In this document: positions 45,614-57,100 of the stretch, piece after piece
Layout: every line of letters starts with the position of its first letter
Position numbering within the stretch: position 1 is the stretch's first letter
From: a virus
IMG/VR virus record: IMGVR_UViG_3300034018_000240
Reading direction: 5' to 3' (one strand)
Length of the DNA stretch: 64,000 nucleotides
Program-made: the position numbers and the translations under genes
The notes under the pieces: model-generated
The model's input: the letters and a program-made list of their open reading frames with translations, nothing else
Database searches by the model: none
What the model was told of the DNA's origin: nothing

Positions 45614-48490
45614 ATGAAAGACCAAATATTAAAGATTGCTAAAGTAAAGTCTGAGAAGGAATTCTACAAGAAGTATCCTACAGAAGAAGCATTCATGAAA
45701 GTTCATGGTAAAGAGTTAAAGAAAGCTGCTATGGGTAAGTCTATGGTGAACAAACAGTTACACCAACTTACAGACTTTGGCAATCCTCCTAAGTTTCAAG
45801 GTGGTGGTAGTGCTAATGGAAATGTGCTAAATCTTATGGGTTGGGGAAATGCTCAACCTGCTGTACAACCTGCTACTTATAATAGCTGGACAGGACTTGT
45901 TGGTGGATCACAGAATGCTGCTGGACAAGAAGTAGTTACAAAAGCAGCTACAGATGCTGCATTTGGTGAAGGTGGTCTTCCTGAAGGTGCTGGTGGAGGT
46001 GGTATGGCAGCAGGAGTAGCAACAGCAGCTATTGGTGCATTGCCAGGAATCATAGGAGGTATCGAAGCAATTGGTTCACAAAGAAAAGCAATAAATAAAG
46101 CATATCAAGCTAGAGAGTTATCAGAACTAGCTTTACAAGCTGGCTCTACAAGAGAGAAAGTTAAACGTAAATATGTAAGACCAGAAGATAATATTGTACA
46201 GCCTGGACAGTTAGGTAATCCTTATGGATCAGGTACAAACTTCTTAGCTGAGAATGGTAGAATGATTGGTGGCAATCCTACAGAGATTCAGAACATGTAC
46301 AATCCTGGTGATATGTACACTGACCTTGGATTTGAACCAATGGGAGAAACATTGAAACAATTTAAAAAAGGTGGCAATCTTCCTGAAGCAGCATTTGGAG
46401 ATTACTTCCAAAGTTCTGGTCAAGCACAGATTGGTAGTGCTGCAGGTACAGCCATTGGTAGTATTGTAGGTGGACCATTAGGTGGTGCAATTGGTGGACT
46501 TATTGGTACAGTGGGTGGTAACCTATTAGGTGGTGCTAAAAATGCTAGAGAACTAGAAGCAGAGAAAAAGAAAGCTGAGATGAACACTCAACAAGCTGCG
46601 TTCCAACAAGCTCAACAAAATCAGTTTGGTGCATATATGGAGCAAGGTGGTAAGGTGGATGTAGGTGATGAATATAAGTGGGTTAGTCATACATGGCAAC
46701 CACAAACAATTGCTAAGTTTGGTGAGTATAATGTTAAAGACTTGTTAAAGCCTCCTCATGATGCAGATATGCTAAGAAGTGGTGGTCATTTAAAAGATGA
46801 GTATTATACACCTCCTAGTGCAGAAGCATTGTTTACTGGCAGACCTGAGCGAAAGCCTTTAACTATGCAACATGGTGGACAGATGGCTATGGGGGGTGAC
46901 TTAGAAATAATTGAAGGTGGTAAGGCAGAAACAATCTCTTATAATCCTTTCCTACCAGATGGTGGTGAGACAGTTATGTTTAAAGGAAGATCTCATGACA
47001 ATGGTGGCATTCCTATTAACTTTGGTGAGAATGGTGTAGAAGTTGAGGGTGGTGAACCAGCTGTTAAACTAAAAGATGGTGGTAAAGACAACAATATGGT
47101 TGTATTTGGTAACATGAAGATTGATAAAAACATAGCAGACCTTATGGGAGATCCAAAAGCAAAAGGTAGAAAGTTCAAACATTATGTAGCTGATATAGCT
47201 AAGAATGATGCAAAACAATTGAAAATAAGTGAGAAGGCTAATGAAAAAATTATCAATGCTGATAATAATAGTACAGCTGGTCATTTACAGTTAATAACAA
47301 ATGAACTTATAAAACAAGGAGCTGAAGAGTATCAAAAGATAAATGCTAAAAAGATTCAGGAAGCAGGTATTGTACAAAATGCTATTCTTGATACAGCTAG
47401 TCAATTAGGAGTTAAGAGTGACAAACTTGCTGAAGGTAAGCTTGAAAAAGAATATGACAAACGTATGATGGCTAAAGATGGTAAGAAATTAAAGAAGGCT
47501 CAAAATGGAGAGTATGAATATTTTGATCCTAAAAATAATTATTTAGAAGAAGAAATTAACACTTCACAAAATACTGGTGGTGTAATGTCTGGATATGATC
47601 AAAATATGAATTACTTTGATCAGTCAGGAAATCTAGTAGATCAATCTGGAGATCTTCCTAAAGCAGTTGGAGTAGCTGGAGTTGAAGGTGGAGGATTTGG
47701 ACAAGCATTAAAGTCATTAGGAAGTACTTTAGGTAAAGGGCTTGAGAAGTATGGTCCTAGTATCCTATCTAACATAGCTCCATTCTTAAGACCTAGTAAT
47801 GCTAATGAAGAATTATCTCCAGATCAATTATATCCTGAATACTTTGCATTGGCTACCAATCAGTTAGAACCTGTACAGGCTCAAACATTCCAGCCAATGT
47901 TAGATACTCCTATGGATATCTCTTTTAATGATCAGATTAATGCTATTGATGCTCAATCTAGAGCAGCCATTAGAGCAGCAGGTTCAAACCCAGCTGCCCA
48001 AGCAATGATTATGGCTCAGGCATTAGAAGCTAAAAACCAAGTGTTTGGAAATCGAGACAGAATCAATACTACAAACAAGATGCAGATATTTGATAAGAAT
48101 AGAGCAATGTTAAATGATGCTCAGCTTAAAAACTTACAAATTCTTGATAATCAATACGTTAGACAAGCTCAGGCTAGATCTAATACTAAAGAACAAGCAC
48201 TTAGTGCGTTAAGTTCTATAGCTGCTAAGACAGCACAACAAAGAGCTGCTAATAGACAATTGGCTGTTATGGAGAACATGTACAACTTTAGATTCACTCC
48301 AAGTGGTAGAGCAATTAATATGAATGCTCCTGCTCAGTTTAATATTCCTGGAGCAGGAGGGTCTCAAAAATCTACAGATGCAAAAGGAAATGATCTTCTT
48401 CCTATCTATAATAAGAAAGGAGACATTACAGGATATAAAGTCAAAGAAGCTAGACATGGTTCACTTGTAAAAGCTCTAAAAAATCTCTAA
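45614..48490 (+). CDS. large virion protein with glycine-zipper membrane-like segments (958 aa)
   Basis: AGGGGMAAGVATAAIGALPGIIGGIEAIGS and AAGTAIGSIVGGPLGGAIGGLIGTVGGNLLGGAK ((G/A)xxxG repeats). Many Gly-Gly dipeptides. Coiled-coil C-terminal half. Confidence 0.55.
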   Translation: MKDQILKIAKVKSEKEFYKKYPTEEAFMKVHGKELKKAAMGKSMVNKQLHQLTDFGNPPKFQGGGSANGNVLNLMGWGNAQPAVQPATYNSWTGLVGGSQNAAGQEVVTKAATDAAFGEGGLPEGAGGGGMAAGVATAAIGALPGIIGGIEAIGSQRKAINKAYQARELSELALQAGSTREKVKRKYVRPEDNIVQPGQLGNPYGSGTNFLAENGRMIGGNPTEIQNMYNPGDMYTDLGFEPMGETLKQFKKGGNLPEAAFGDYFQSSGQAQIGSAAGTAIGSIVGGPLGGAIGGLIGTVGGNLLGGAKNARELEAEKKKAEMNTQQAAFQQAQQNQFGAYMEQGGKVDVGDEYKWVSHTWQPQTIAKFGEYNVKDLLKPPHDADMLRSGGHLKDEYYTPPSAEALFTGRPERKPLTMQHGGQMAMGGDLEIIEGGKAETISYNPFLPDGGETVMFKGRSHDNGGIPINFGENGVEVEGGEPAVKLKDGGKDNNMVVFGNMKIDKNIADLMGDPKAKGRKFKHYVADIAKNDAKQLKISEKANEKIINADNNSTAGHLQLITNELIKQGAEEYQKINAKKIQEAGIVQNAILDTASQLGVKSDKLAEGKLEKEYDKRMMAKDGKKLKKAQNGEYEYFDPKNNYLEEEINTSQNTGGVMSGYDQNMNYFDQSGNLVDQSGDLPKAVGVAGVEGGGFGQALKSLGSTLGKGLEKYGPSILSNIAPFLRPSNANEELSPDQLYPEYFALATNQLEPVQAQTFQPMLDTPMDISFNDQINAIDAQSRAAIRAAGSNPAAQAMIMAQALEAKNQVFGNRDRINTTNKMQIFDKNRAMLNDAQLKNLQILDNQYVRQAQARSNTKEQALSALSSIAAKTAQQRAANRQLAVMENMYNFRFTPSGRAINMNAPAQFNIPGAGGSQKSTDAKGNDLLPIYNKKGDITGYKVKEARHGSLVKALKNL

Positions 48491-48566
48491 CTAATTAAGT
48501 TATAGTGAATTACTAAAATTTGTTATAGCTCTTGGTAATTCTAATATTTTAAATTAATTTTGTATT

Positions 48567-51161
48567 ATGGCATCGTTTACTGATAAATCCTTACAATTCA
48601 ACCCTTACATCCAAGAGCTCCCTGTGGAGGCCATGGTGCAAGTGGGCATGCAAAAGCAAGCCCAGTATGATCAAGGTGTGCAAAAAATTCAGAATGAAAT
48701 TGATCGAGTTGGTGGTATAGAATTATACAGACCCCAAGACAAACAGGTATTACAATCTAAACTCAATGAGTTAGGTAGTAGATTAAAGACTGTGGCAGCA
48801 GGAGACTTTTCTAATCAACAACTAGTTAACTCAGTTGCTGGTATGACAGGTCAAATTATTAAAGATGAAAACATCATAAACGCTGTATCATCTACGCAAC
48901 AATATAAAAAAGCTGTTAAGGAAAGAGAAGAATATCTAAAAGATGGCAAGACTTCTCCATCAAATGACTGGTTGTTTCAACAAAAAACTAACAAGTGGAT
49001 GAATGGAGATGTAAAAGAAACATTTAGTGGAGGGTATGATCCATACACAAACTGGAGAAAAAATGCATTAGATATTATAAAGGATCTCACTGGAGATTCA
49101 ACTATTACAGAAGAAGATTTTACAACAGTTGTTGGTGAAGATGGGAAACCTCAAGTGGTCTTAGCAGATGCTACTACAAGAACAAAACTTGCAGGTGTGT
49201 CTCCTGACCAAATCAAACAAGCACTATCTGTAGGTTTAACACCTGCTGATTGGAGACAGTTAGAGATAGATGGTGTATATACATATAGTAATGTTACTGA
49301 TCCTAATTTATTTAAAGAGAATGTTAATAGTGAATACTTAGATAAGTCTGAATACTTCACTAAACAAAAACAAGCTCTTGAGAATTCTTTAAGTTCTACA
49401 AATTCAAATGTTCAGAAACAAATGATTCAAGATAAGATAAATGGTCTTGATTCTACAATTAACAAACTTAATAAAGAAAGAGATAGTATATTAGGTCTTG
49501 TTGATAGAGGAGATTTGGAAAGAGCTAAGGCAAACTTATTTACTCTTAACTCTATTAACAACTTTGCTAAACCTTTCTCTCATACAGAAGTTGAGATCAC
49601 AAAAGAAGATAGTCCTGCAGCTCAAATGCAAATGCAAAGGGAAACAAAAAATCAAGCTTGGAAGATACATAAAGATAATATGTATTGGAAGTCAAGAGAA
49701 GTCAAAGCTGCAGAAGAGGCTAATAAAATAGCAAAGAAAACAGCAGAAGGATATGGTGCTTTTGCAGCTCCTGTAGATCAGGATACTCTTCCTAAATTAA
49801 CTGTTGGTGAACTTACAAGAACAACAGATATAGAGTTAGGTAAAATTAAAGATAGAGATGAAGCTTTTTTAAAGTCTCAAGGTAAAACTAAAGAATGGTT
49901 TGAACAACAAAGAGCTGCGTGGGAAACAAGACCTACAGGGGTTAGTCCTGTTGTAGCTAACTATTTTAATACTACAGAAAAAGAAAGAAGACAAGCTGAA
50001 GCTAATCAAGAATTAATATTAGATGTTAGAAGAAAGGCAGAAGCTGAACATGGTACAATAGATAAGCTTATTCCTAAAAATGCTCCTACTGTTACTTATA
50101 AAAAAGGTAATGAAGTATATCAATATACAGCTAAAGACTTTGTAGACTTTAATACAGTAGCATATAAATATAGAGGTACTGGTGGTGGTACAGCTCCAGG
50201 TGGAGGATCTGTTGTTGGTATGGCAGGAACTCCTGTAGCTTCAGCAGATGCTAAAGCTAGACAAGAGTTAAGTCCTAAGATGTATAACTTGTATAAGATT
50301 TGGAGTAAGATGCCAGCCAAGAGATATGATTCTGACAAGGTTATATTAGCTCAACTAGACAATTATGCAAAGACTGTAAATAAGCCTTATAAAGAAACCT
50401 TACAAAAGATTGATAAGACTATGGAAGATACTTTTAAAAATAGGATTTCTGTAAGTCAAGCTGCTGGATATAACATCCCTTCAATAACTCCTGCTCAAAA
50501 AGGAAGTTTAAAAAGCTTTTTAATTGCTGCTGCTGCTGCTGCTGAGAAGAGTGGTGGTAAACTTGCAGGCTCTCCTGATTTTAATGTTGAGACTGCTAGA
50601 GAAATTGCAGGATCAGAAAATCCAAACTTTTCAATAGATGTTGCTGAAGGCACTGAATTCCAAGAACCTTATTATAAAGTTACAGCTGTTGGTCCAGGAG
50701 GAAAAGCAACTAGTTTTAGATTAACTCCAGAACAAAAAATAGGAGGCTTTGGTACTCAATTTGATGATGTAGCATCACAACAACTAAGACCATATTTAGA
50801 TCAAATAAATAAAACAGGAGGAATGACCACTGCCAAAGATGGTAGTGCCAGGACAACTGTTAGCAATGCTTTCTTAGGTAATCTTGATTTTGAAAATGTA
50901 AGAACCTATGGTGTGAAAGCAAATATCATACAACTTAGTCCAGGCAATTATACACTAGGTATCAAAGCATATGATCCTATAAGAAGAAGTTGGACTACTG
51001 ATGAGATGTACTATCCAAGTGTAGGAAGTATGACTAAGGAAGGACTTAACATGGCTATAAAAAATATGAATGATAGTGAGATATTTAGATTGATAAATGA
51101 AAGACCAGCAACAGCTGGTGACTTACAAAAAATACAAAAAGCTTCTCAAAAACCTTTATAA
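48567..51161 (+). CDS. large virion protein of unknown function (864 aa)
   Basis: Long ORF, TAATG-coupled to the giant ORF downstream. Confidence 0.55.
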   Translation: MASFTDKSLQFNPYIQELPVEAMVQVGMQKQAQYDQGVQKIQNEIDRVGGIELYRPQDKQVLQSKLNELGSRLKTVAAGDFSNQQLVNSVAGMTGQIIKDENIINAVSSTQQYKKAVKEREEYLKDGKTSPSNDWLFQQKTNKWMNGDVKETFSGGYDPYTNWRKNALDIIKDLTGDSTITEEDFTTVVGEDGKPQVVLADATTRTKLAGVSPDQIKQALSVGLTPADWRQLEIDGVYTYSNVTDPNLFKENVNSEYLDKSEYFTKQKQALENSLSSTNSNVQKQMIQDKINGLDSTINKLNKERDSILGLVDRGDLERAKANLFTLNSINNFAKPFSHTEVEITKEDSPAAQMQMQRETKNQAWKIHKDNMYWKSREVKAAEEANKIAKKTAEGYGAFAAPVDQDTLPKLTVGELTRTTDIELGKIKDRDEAFLKSQGKTKEWFEQQRAAWETRPTGVSPVVANYFNTTEKERRQAEANQELILDVRRKAEAEHGTIDKLIPKNAPTVTYKKGNEVYQYTAKDFVDFNTVAYKYRGTGGGTAPGGGSVVGMAGTPVASADAKARQELSPKMYNLYKIWSKMPAKRYDSDKVILAQLDNYAKTVNKPYKETLQKIDKTMEDTFKNRISVSQAAGYNIPSITPAQKGSLKSFLIAAAAAAEKSGGKLAGSPDFNVETAREIAGSENPNFSIDVAEGTEFQEPYYKVTAVGPGGKATSFRLTPEQKIGGFGTQFDDVASQQLRPYLDQINKTGGMTTAKDGSARTTVSNAFLGNLDFENVRTYGVKANIIQLSPGNYTLGIKAYDPIRRSWTTDEMYYPSVGSMTKEGLNMAIKNMNDSEIFRLINERPATAGDLQKIQKASQKPL

Positions 51162-54100
51162 TGGCAGATACTCCTTTAATAGACAGGGCATTATTAGATT
51201 CATCATTGAATGATTATACACCTACTGAACTTCCTGAAAGACCTGCAAGTGTTCCTTATCAAAGCTTGCGAAGTCAATACGAAGGAACTGGTATTCCTAT
51301 GATGGATGGAGAACCTACTCCTACTGCATTAAGTGCTCTTGAGAATGCTGTATTAACTGCAGGTAGAAATGATGGTAAGAAGATGGCAGGTGGCATTGAT
51401 AGAACTTTAACAGAGGTAAGTAGTGATAGATATAAGAGCTTCATGCCTGGTGATTATAATAATGAAGATGCTTATGCTCAAAGTCAAAGTTGGGCTAGTA
51501 AAATGGTTAATGGTGTAGGTAAAGGTTTAGTTCTTACAGGAACTACTTTCTTACAATCTACTGTAGGACTAGTAAATGGTCTAGCTAACTTTGCAAACTC
51601 TGGAAGATTTGCAGATATTTATGATAATGACATGAATAGGTTTTTAGATGAGGAAGTTGTAAAGGCTTCTGAAAACATAATGCCTAACTATTATAAAGCA
51701 GGAGAAAGAGAACAAGATTGGTATTCTCCAAGTAAGTTATTTAGTGCTAACTTTATTTGGGATGGAGTTGTTAAAAACTTAGGCTTTGCTGCAGGTGCTG
51801 CATTGTCAGGAGGAGCATATGCTGCTGCTCTAAAATCAATCCCTCTTACAGCTAGACTGTTCTCAGTGGGTAAGGGTGCTCAAGCTTTAGCTGCTTCAGA
51901 AGAAGCATTGCTTGCTGCAGATAAAGCAGCTTCTACTTATGGTAAACTTAAAGGACTTTCTGATAAGTTTTTATCATCTTATAGCTCATTAGGTCAAGGA
52001 GGTAGAATTACTGTTGCAGCTTTAGGTACAGTGGGTGAGGCTGGCTTTGAAGCATACCATACGCTTAATGATTTTAGAAATAAAAAGATTGAAGAATATA
52101 AAGAAGCAAATGGTGGTCAAGCTCCTATGGGAGAAGATCTGTTAAAGATTAATCAACTTTCTGAAGAAGTGGGTAATTCTTCTTACTTTGCAAACGTTGG
52201 TTTATTAACTGCTACTAACTATATTCAGTTTCCTAAAATACTAGGAGCTACATACAAAGGGGAGAAAGGGATTGTTAATTCTCTTACAAAAGAAATTGGT
52301 GAAATTACAACAGACGCTACTGGTAAATATATAGCAGCTCCTAATAGATTTGGAAAAATCTTATCTACATTAAATAAGGTGAGACCATATACCTTCTCTG
52401 CTTCAGAAGCATTTGAGGAAGGTGCACAATACGCAATTGGCAAATCTACAGAAAACTATTACAATAAGAAATATAACAACGAACCAACTAATTGGTTAGA
52501 TGGTGTTGCTGCAGGAATTAGTGAAACATTAACTACTAATGAGGGTATGGAGAACATACTTATTGGTGGATTGTCTGGAGCATTAATGTTAGGTCCTGGT
52601 AAGTTTGGTGAAGCAAAAGAAAAGTCAAAGAATACACAAGCTGCTATTACAGAATTTAATAATGCTATCTTGTCTGACTTCTCTAAAGAAGTTAAAGGAT
52701 CTGTTAATAGAGGTACAACTATACAAGAGGAAAGAGAAACAGCAATAAGAAGAGGTGATATTCTAGAGAGCAAAGACTTAGAGCGTGATTACATAATCAA
52801 CTATCTAACTCCTCGTATTAAGTATGGTAGATTTGATCTTGTTCAAAGCGACATTGCTCAGTATAAAACTCTAGCAATGACTGATGAGGGATTTGCACAG
52901 TTACAATCAGAAGGTAAGGCATTAGATACAGATACTAAAGAAGCATATCTACAAAGATTAGCTAACTTAGAAGTTACTGCTCAGAACATTAAATCATTAT
53001 ATCAATCATTAGATGTACGTTATGGTGGGTTAGTAAATGCTGATGGTAAGCCTGTCTATTCACCAAAGGTGATGGATCAGATGATATATGCTGCAACTAA
53101 GGTGGCAGACTATGATGAAAGACTTCCTCAATTAATGACAGTGTTAGATGCTGTAGGTATTGATACTACTACTGTTGTTAATGACTTAACTAATGGAGAC
53201 AGTGATTCTTACATAGCAGCTGTTGAAAAAATTAAGGCATCAAAGTCTATTAATGAAGATGAATTAATGCAGACATTAGAAGATGTTGCAGAGCTTGCTT
53301 TGCGTAGAGACAACTTCTTGTTTGAATATAATGATATAAAGAACAATCCTAGTAAGTATGACACTGCAGAAACTATGGATAAAGATGCTCCAAAGAAAGA
53401 AACTGTAAAAGTTAAGACTAAGGATGGTGAAGAAGATATTGAAGTAGATACAGAATACTACTTAGGTAGAACTGTTAAGTATGACAAAGATGGTAATGAG
53501 GTTTATGGATTTCCAAGATTAACTATCCTTGGAGAAAATGAAGATGGTACTATTAAGATTAAGGATTCTAATGGTGTTGTAAGAGACATCTCTAAAGAAG
53601 AATTAGCTGGCTATAAATTAGGCAAAGTGTCAGACACTTTAAATAATAAAAAAGCCAAATACTATATGGAACATAGTAACACTGTGTTTCAATTTAACTT
53701 TGGTAAAGGTAAGAAAGTTAAAGGTAGATTAGAATACTCCCCTAAAGATGGAGTATTAAACTTTGTGTACAGAGACACTAAAGGAAAGATTAAATCTATT
53801 GAGGTTACAGGTAGTCAATTTGTAGCTCAAGAAGGATATGATGTTCCTATGATTATGGCTGTTGGTGAACTTACACCAATTCAAAAACAAGCATTAGATG
53901 AATTTGTTAGTTTAAAAGAATCAAAATTTTCTGCTAAAAGAGAAGCTAGATTAAAAATACTAAATGACATGTTTGATGAAACATCATCAAAGCTAATGTC
54001 TACACAAAAGTTATTAGAACAAAAATACAATGAACTTGAGAAGATAACAGGCGATCTTACTAATGTTGAAACCAAGCTTAAGGCTGGTGAGATGACTAAG

Positions 54101-57100
54101 AAGAATGCGTTCAAAAAAACCACAGCCAACGCACTTAGAGCTGCAAGTAAATTATCTAAACTAAGAGATAAGTTAATTGATGAGATTAGAGAATTAGAAT
54201 CTCAACAAGAAGAACTTGAGTTTACACAAGCTTACATTGCTGACATGGTTCAGAATATAGGTGAGCTTCCTGCAGAAAGTGAAGACTTTATCAATGAATT
54301 AAAAGAACAAAAGTCTCTTGTTGAAGATTTAATATTAGATACTGGTAAAAATATTAATGCTTTGTCTAAGCTCTTAACTAATGTTGAGAAAGCTTTAGAT
54401 ACTGCTGTAGATTTGGCATTAGATCTGATTAAGAAGTTTGAAGCTAAATATCCAAACTTACCTTACACTCCATTAGCTTTACAAGAATATTTGAATGCTA
54501 ATCCAGAAGTTAGAAGAAATAACCCTGAATTAATGTCAGACTTAATTGAGTTTGAAAGAGATCTTGCCAATATTGATGAGTTAGATGTAACTCCTAATGA
54601 ACGCAGTGTTGCTGAATTAAGAGAAGAGTTACAAGGTTTACAAGATCAGTTAAAGGAATATGAGCAAGACTTAAAAGCTAGAGAAGCAATTTTAACTAGA
54701 TTTCAAGATGTTGCTAAAGCTTATAAGTTACAGAAAGAACAAGAGAAAAAGTTAAAGAGTGATGGTAAACTTATTAATGCAGTTATTGGTACATTAAGTA
54801 AGGAACAATTAGACAATACTCCATATAGTGTTAAGTACGAACCTACTTCTAAGAAAGGTCCAAAGATATTAGTTACATCTACTGTTGCTAGTAAGAATAT
54901 ATTAGGCTATGCACGTGCAAATTACTTTGGTAATAAGTTCAACTCATTCCCTAATAAGAATAATATATTTGGTGTCTTAGTTACTTCTGCAAATGAAGAC
55001 AACATTATACCAGGACTTACTTCATATTTACAGAACAACAATACAGACATAGATCCAACAAAAACTATTGCATTAGTAATGGTTGAGGATCAAGGCAATG
55101 GTAACTTTGTATTGGTAGGTCAAGATGGGCAACCTCTTGCAGAAGGCCAAGATAAGTTAGAGAATGCTGTATTCCAAGTAATGCCTGACGAGAGTTTACA
55201 ATGGGGTCCTGACTTTGGTAATGAAACAATGTTCAGAAGCAACACACCTGAGCAAACTAGAAAAGAGTTAAAAGATCAATACATTGCTTTCAGAAATGAA
55301 ACATTAAAAGATCCTGCTGTTAGATTACAATCAATCACTCCTTCTTTTGGAAGACCTACTAGAGTTAGTATTACATTACCTGATGGTAAGAAGGTTACTG
55401 ATCCAAGTGCTGCTGTGTCTGTAAAGGCTGCTGGATTAATTGAAGACAAAGACTTAGTTGAAAAGCAGTTAATTGAAGTGCCTACTGTTGCAAAAGATAT
55501 TAGTAAAGGAAGCACAGAGTTTACAGATGTGCTTGGTAGAATATTCTTAGTATTAGATAATGCTTATGTTAAGTTAAAGAACAGACTGTTCAATACTAAA
55601 GAAGCTGAAACTATCTATGAGGTTCTTAATCAATTATCTAACAATGTGTTTGATGATGGTGGTGTAGAAGCTAGAAGTGAATATTTAATTGACTGGTTAA
55701 GAAGTGTTACATTCTGGGGCAAACCTAAAGAAGGCAAAGACCCTGGTTATAATAGTATATGGTTTGAGAGAGCAGATGGTGAATTAAGATTGTTCTTCTC
55801 TGGTAAAGGAGAGAGTCTTTCTTTTACACCACAAGCAATGGAAACTCAGAAAGATGCAATTGTCACTCTTCTACAAAACATGTACAATAATGTTAATGCT
55901 AGAAAGGTACAAAACACAGATGAATATAATTTAACATATGAAGAAATCATAGGTATTGGTGAGAATGGTATTCCACAAACAAAAGAATGGCAAAACTATC
56001 AAACATATTTGTTATCAGATGAGGGAAGAACAGCTGATGAGATTCCTTTGTTTACTGATATTACTGCGTTAGAATCTCCTGAAGATACTAATAGAGAGGG
56101 TGTATACTTTACACTTAGCGATGCTGCTGACAACTTTACTATTACAGAGATAGTTAGAACTGTGCCTAAGACTGTTGTTCCTGGTGGCATTAAGCCTACA
56201 GCTGCAACACCTGTTTCTGCAGAAGAAGAAACATTTACTGTAGGAGAAACACAAGAAGCTCCAATAGAAACTAAGACTGGTTCAAAGTTTGTATTAGATG
56301 GTAAGACTAAGAATATATTTATTACTCCAAAGGGAACTAGAATAGCTTTCACAGCTAATCGTAATTTATTGGCTAAAGGAGATATTGATAATGGTATTAA
56401 GATATTAAAAGGAGAAGACTTAGCTAAAGCTGAGGAAGCTTTAATTGCTGCAAATGTTAAGAAGGAAGATATGGGAAGAGCTTTAAAAGCTCCTATTGCT
56501 AACTTCTTAAATGTACCTGTACAGAAGGCAACTGCTGTAGAAGAAGATGAAGAAGCTTTTGCAATACCTGATGAAACAGATGCAGATGATGTAGTAATAG
56601 AGATTGAAGAAAAGGCACCAGCACAAATTACAACAAAGGGCCCTAGTGTAAGAAGTGGTGCTATAAAAGAAGCATTATTAGAAGATGAAGATGGAGACTT
56701 ACGTGAGATATTAGAGAATGAAATAAAGACATTCAAATCTGAAAACTGGAAGAAGTTAGAACAATGGTTAAGAGCTAATCTACCTAACGTTCCTGTATAT
56801 AGAGTGAAGAATGTTATCAAAGCTACAGGGGGAAGAAAGGCTTGGGGTATGTATAAGAATGGTGCTATCTATGTATACACTAATGCAGAGGCTGGGACAA
56901 CATATCATGAAGTGTTTCATGCTATCTGGAATATGTTCTCTGACCCTAAGGAACGCAAGGCTATTGTAAATGAATTCAAGAATAGAAAGGGCAGCTTTGT
57001 AGATAGAGTTACAGGACAAGAAGTTAAATACTCAGAAGCAACTCCTGGTCAAATCAAGGAACAACTAGCAGAAGAGTTTAGAGAATATGTATTAGATAAG

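Noticed and set aside
55999-56820. 273-aa minus-strand ORF inside the giant gene
   Set aside because: Entirely embedded antisense to the 4145-aa ORF. Low-complexity S/A/L translation. No start context.
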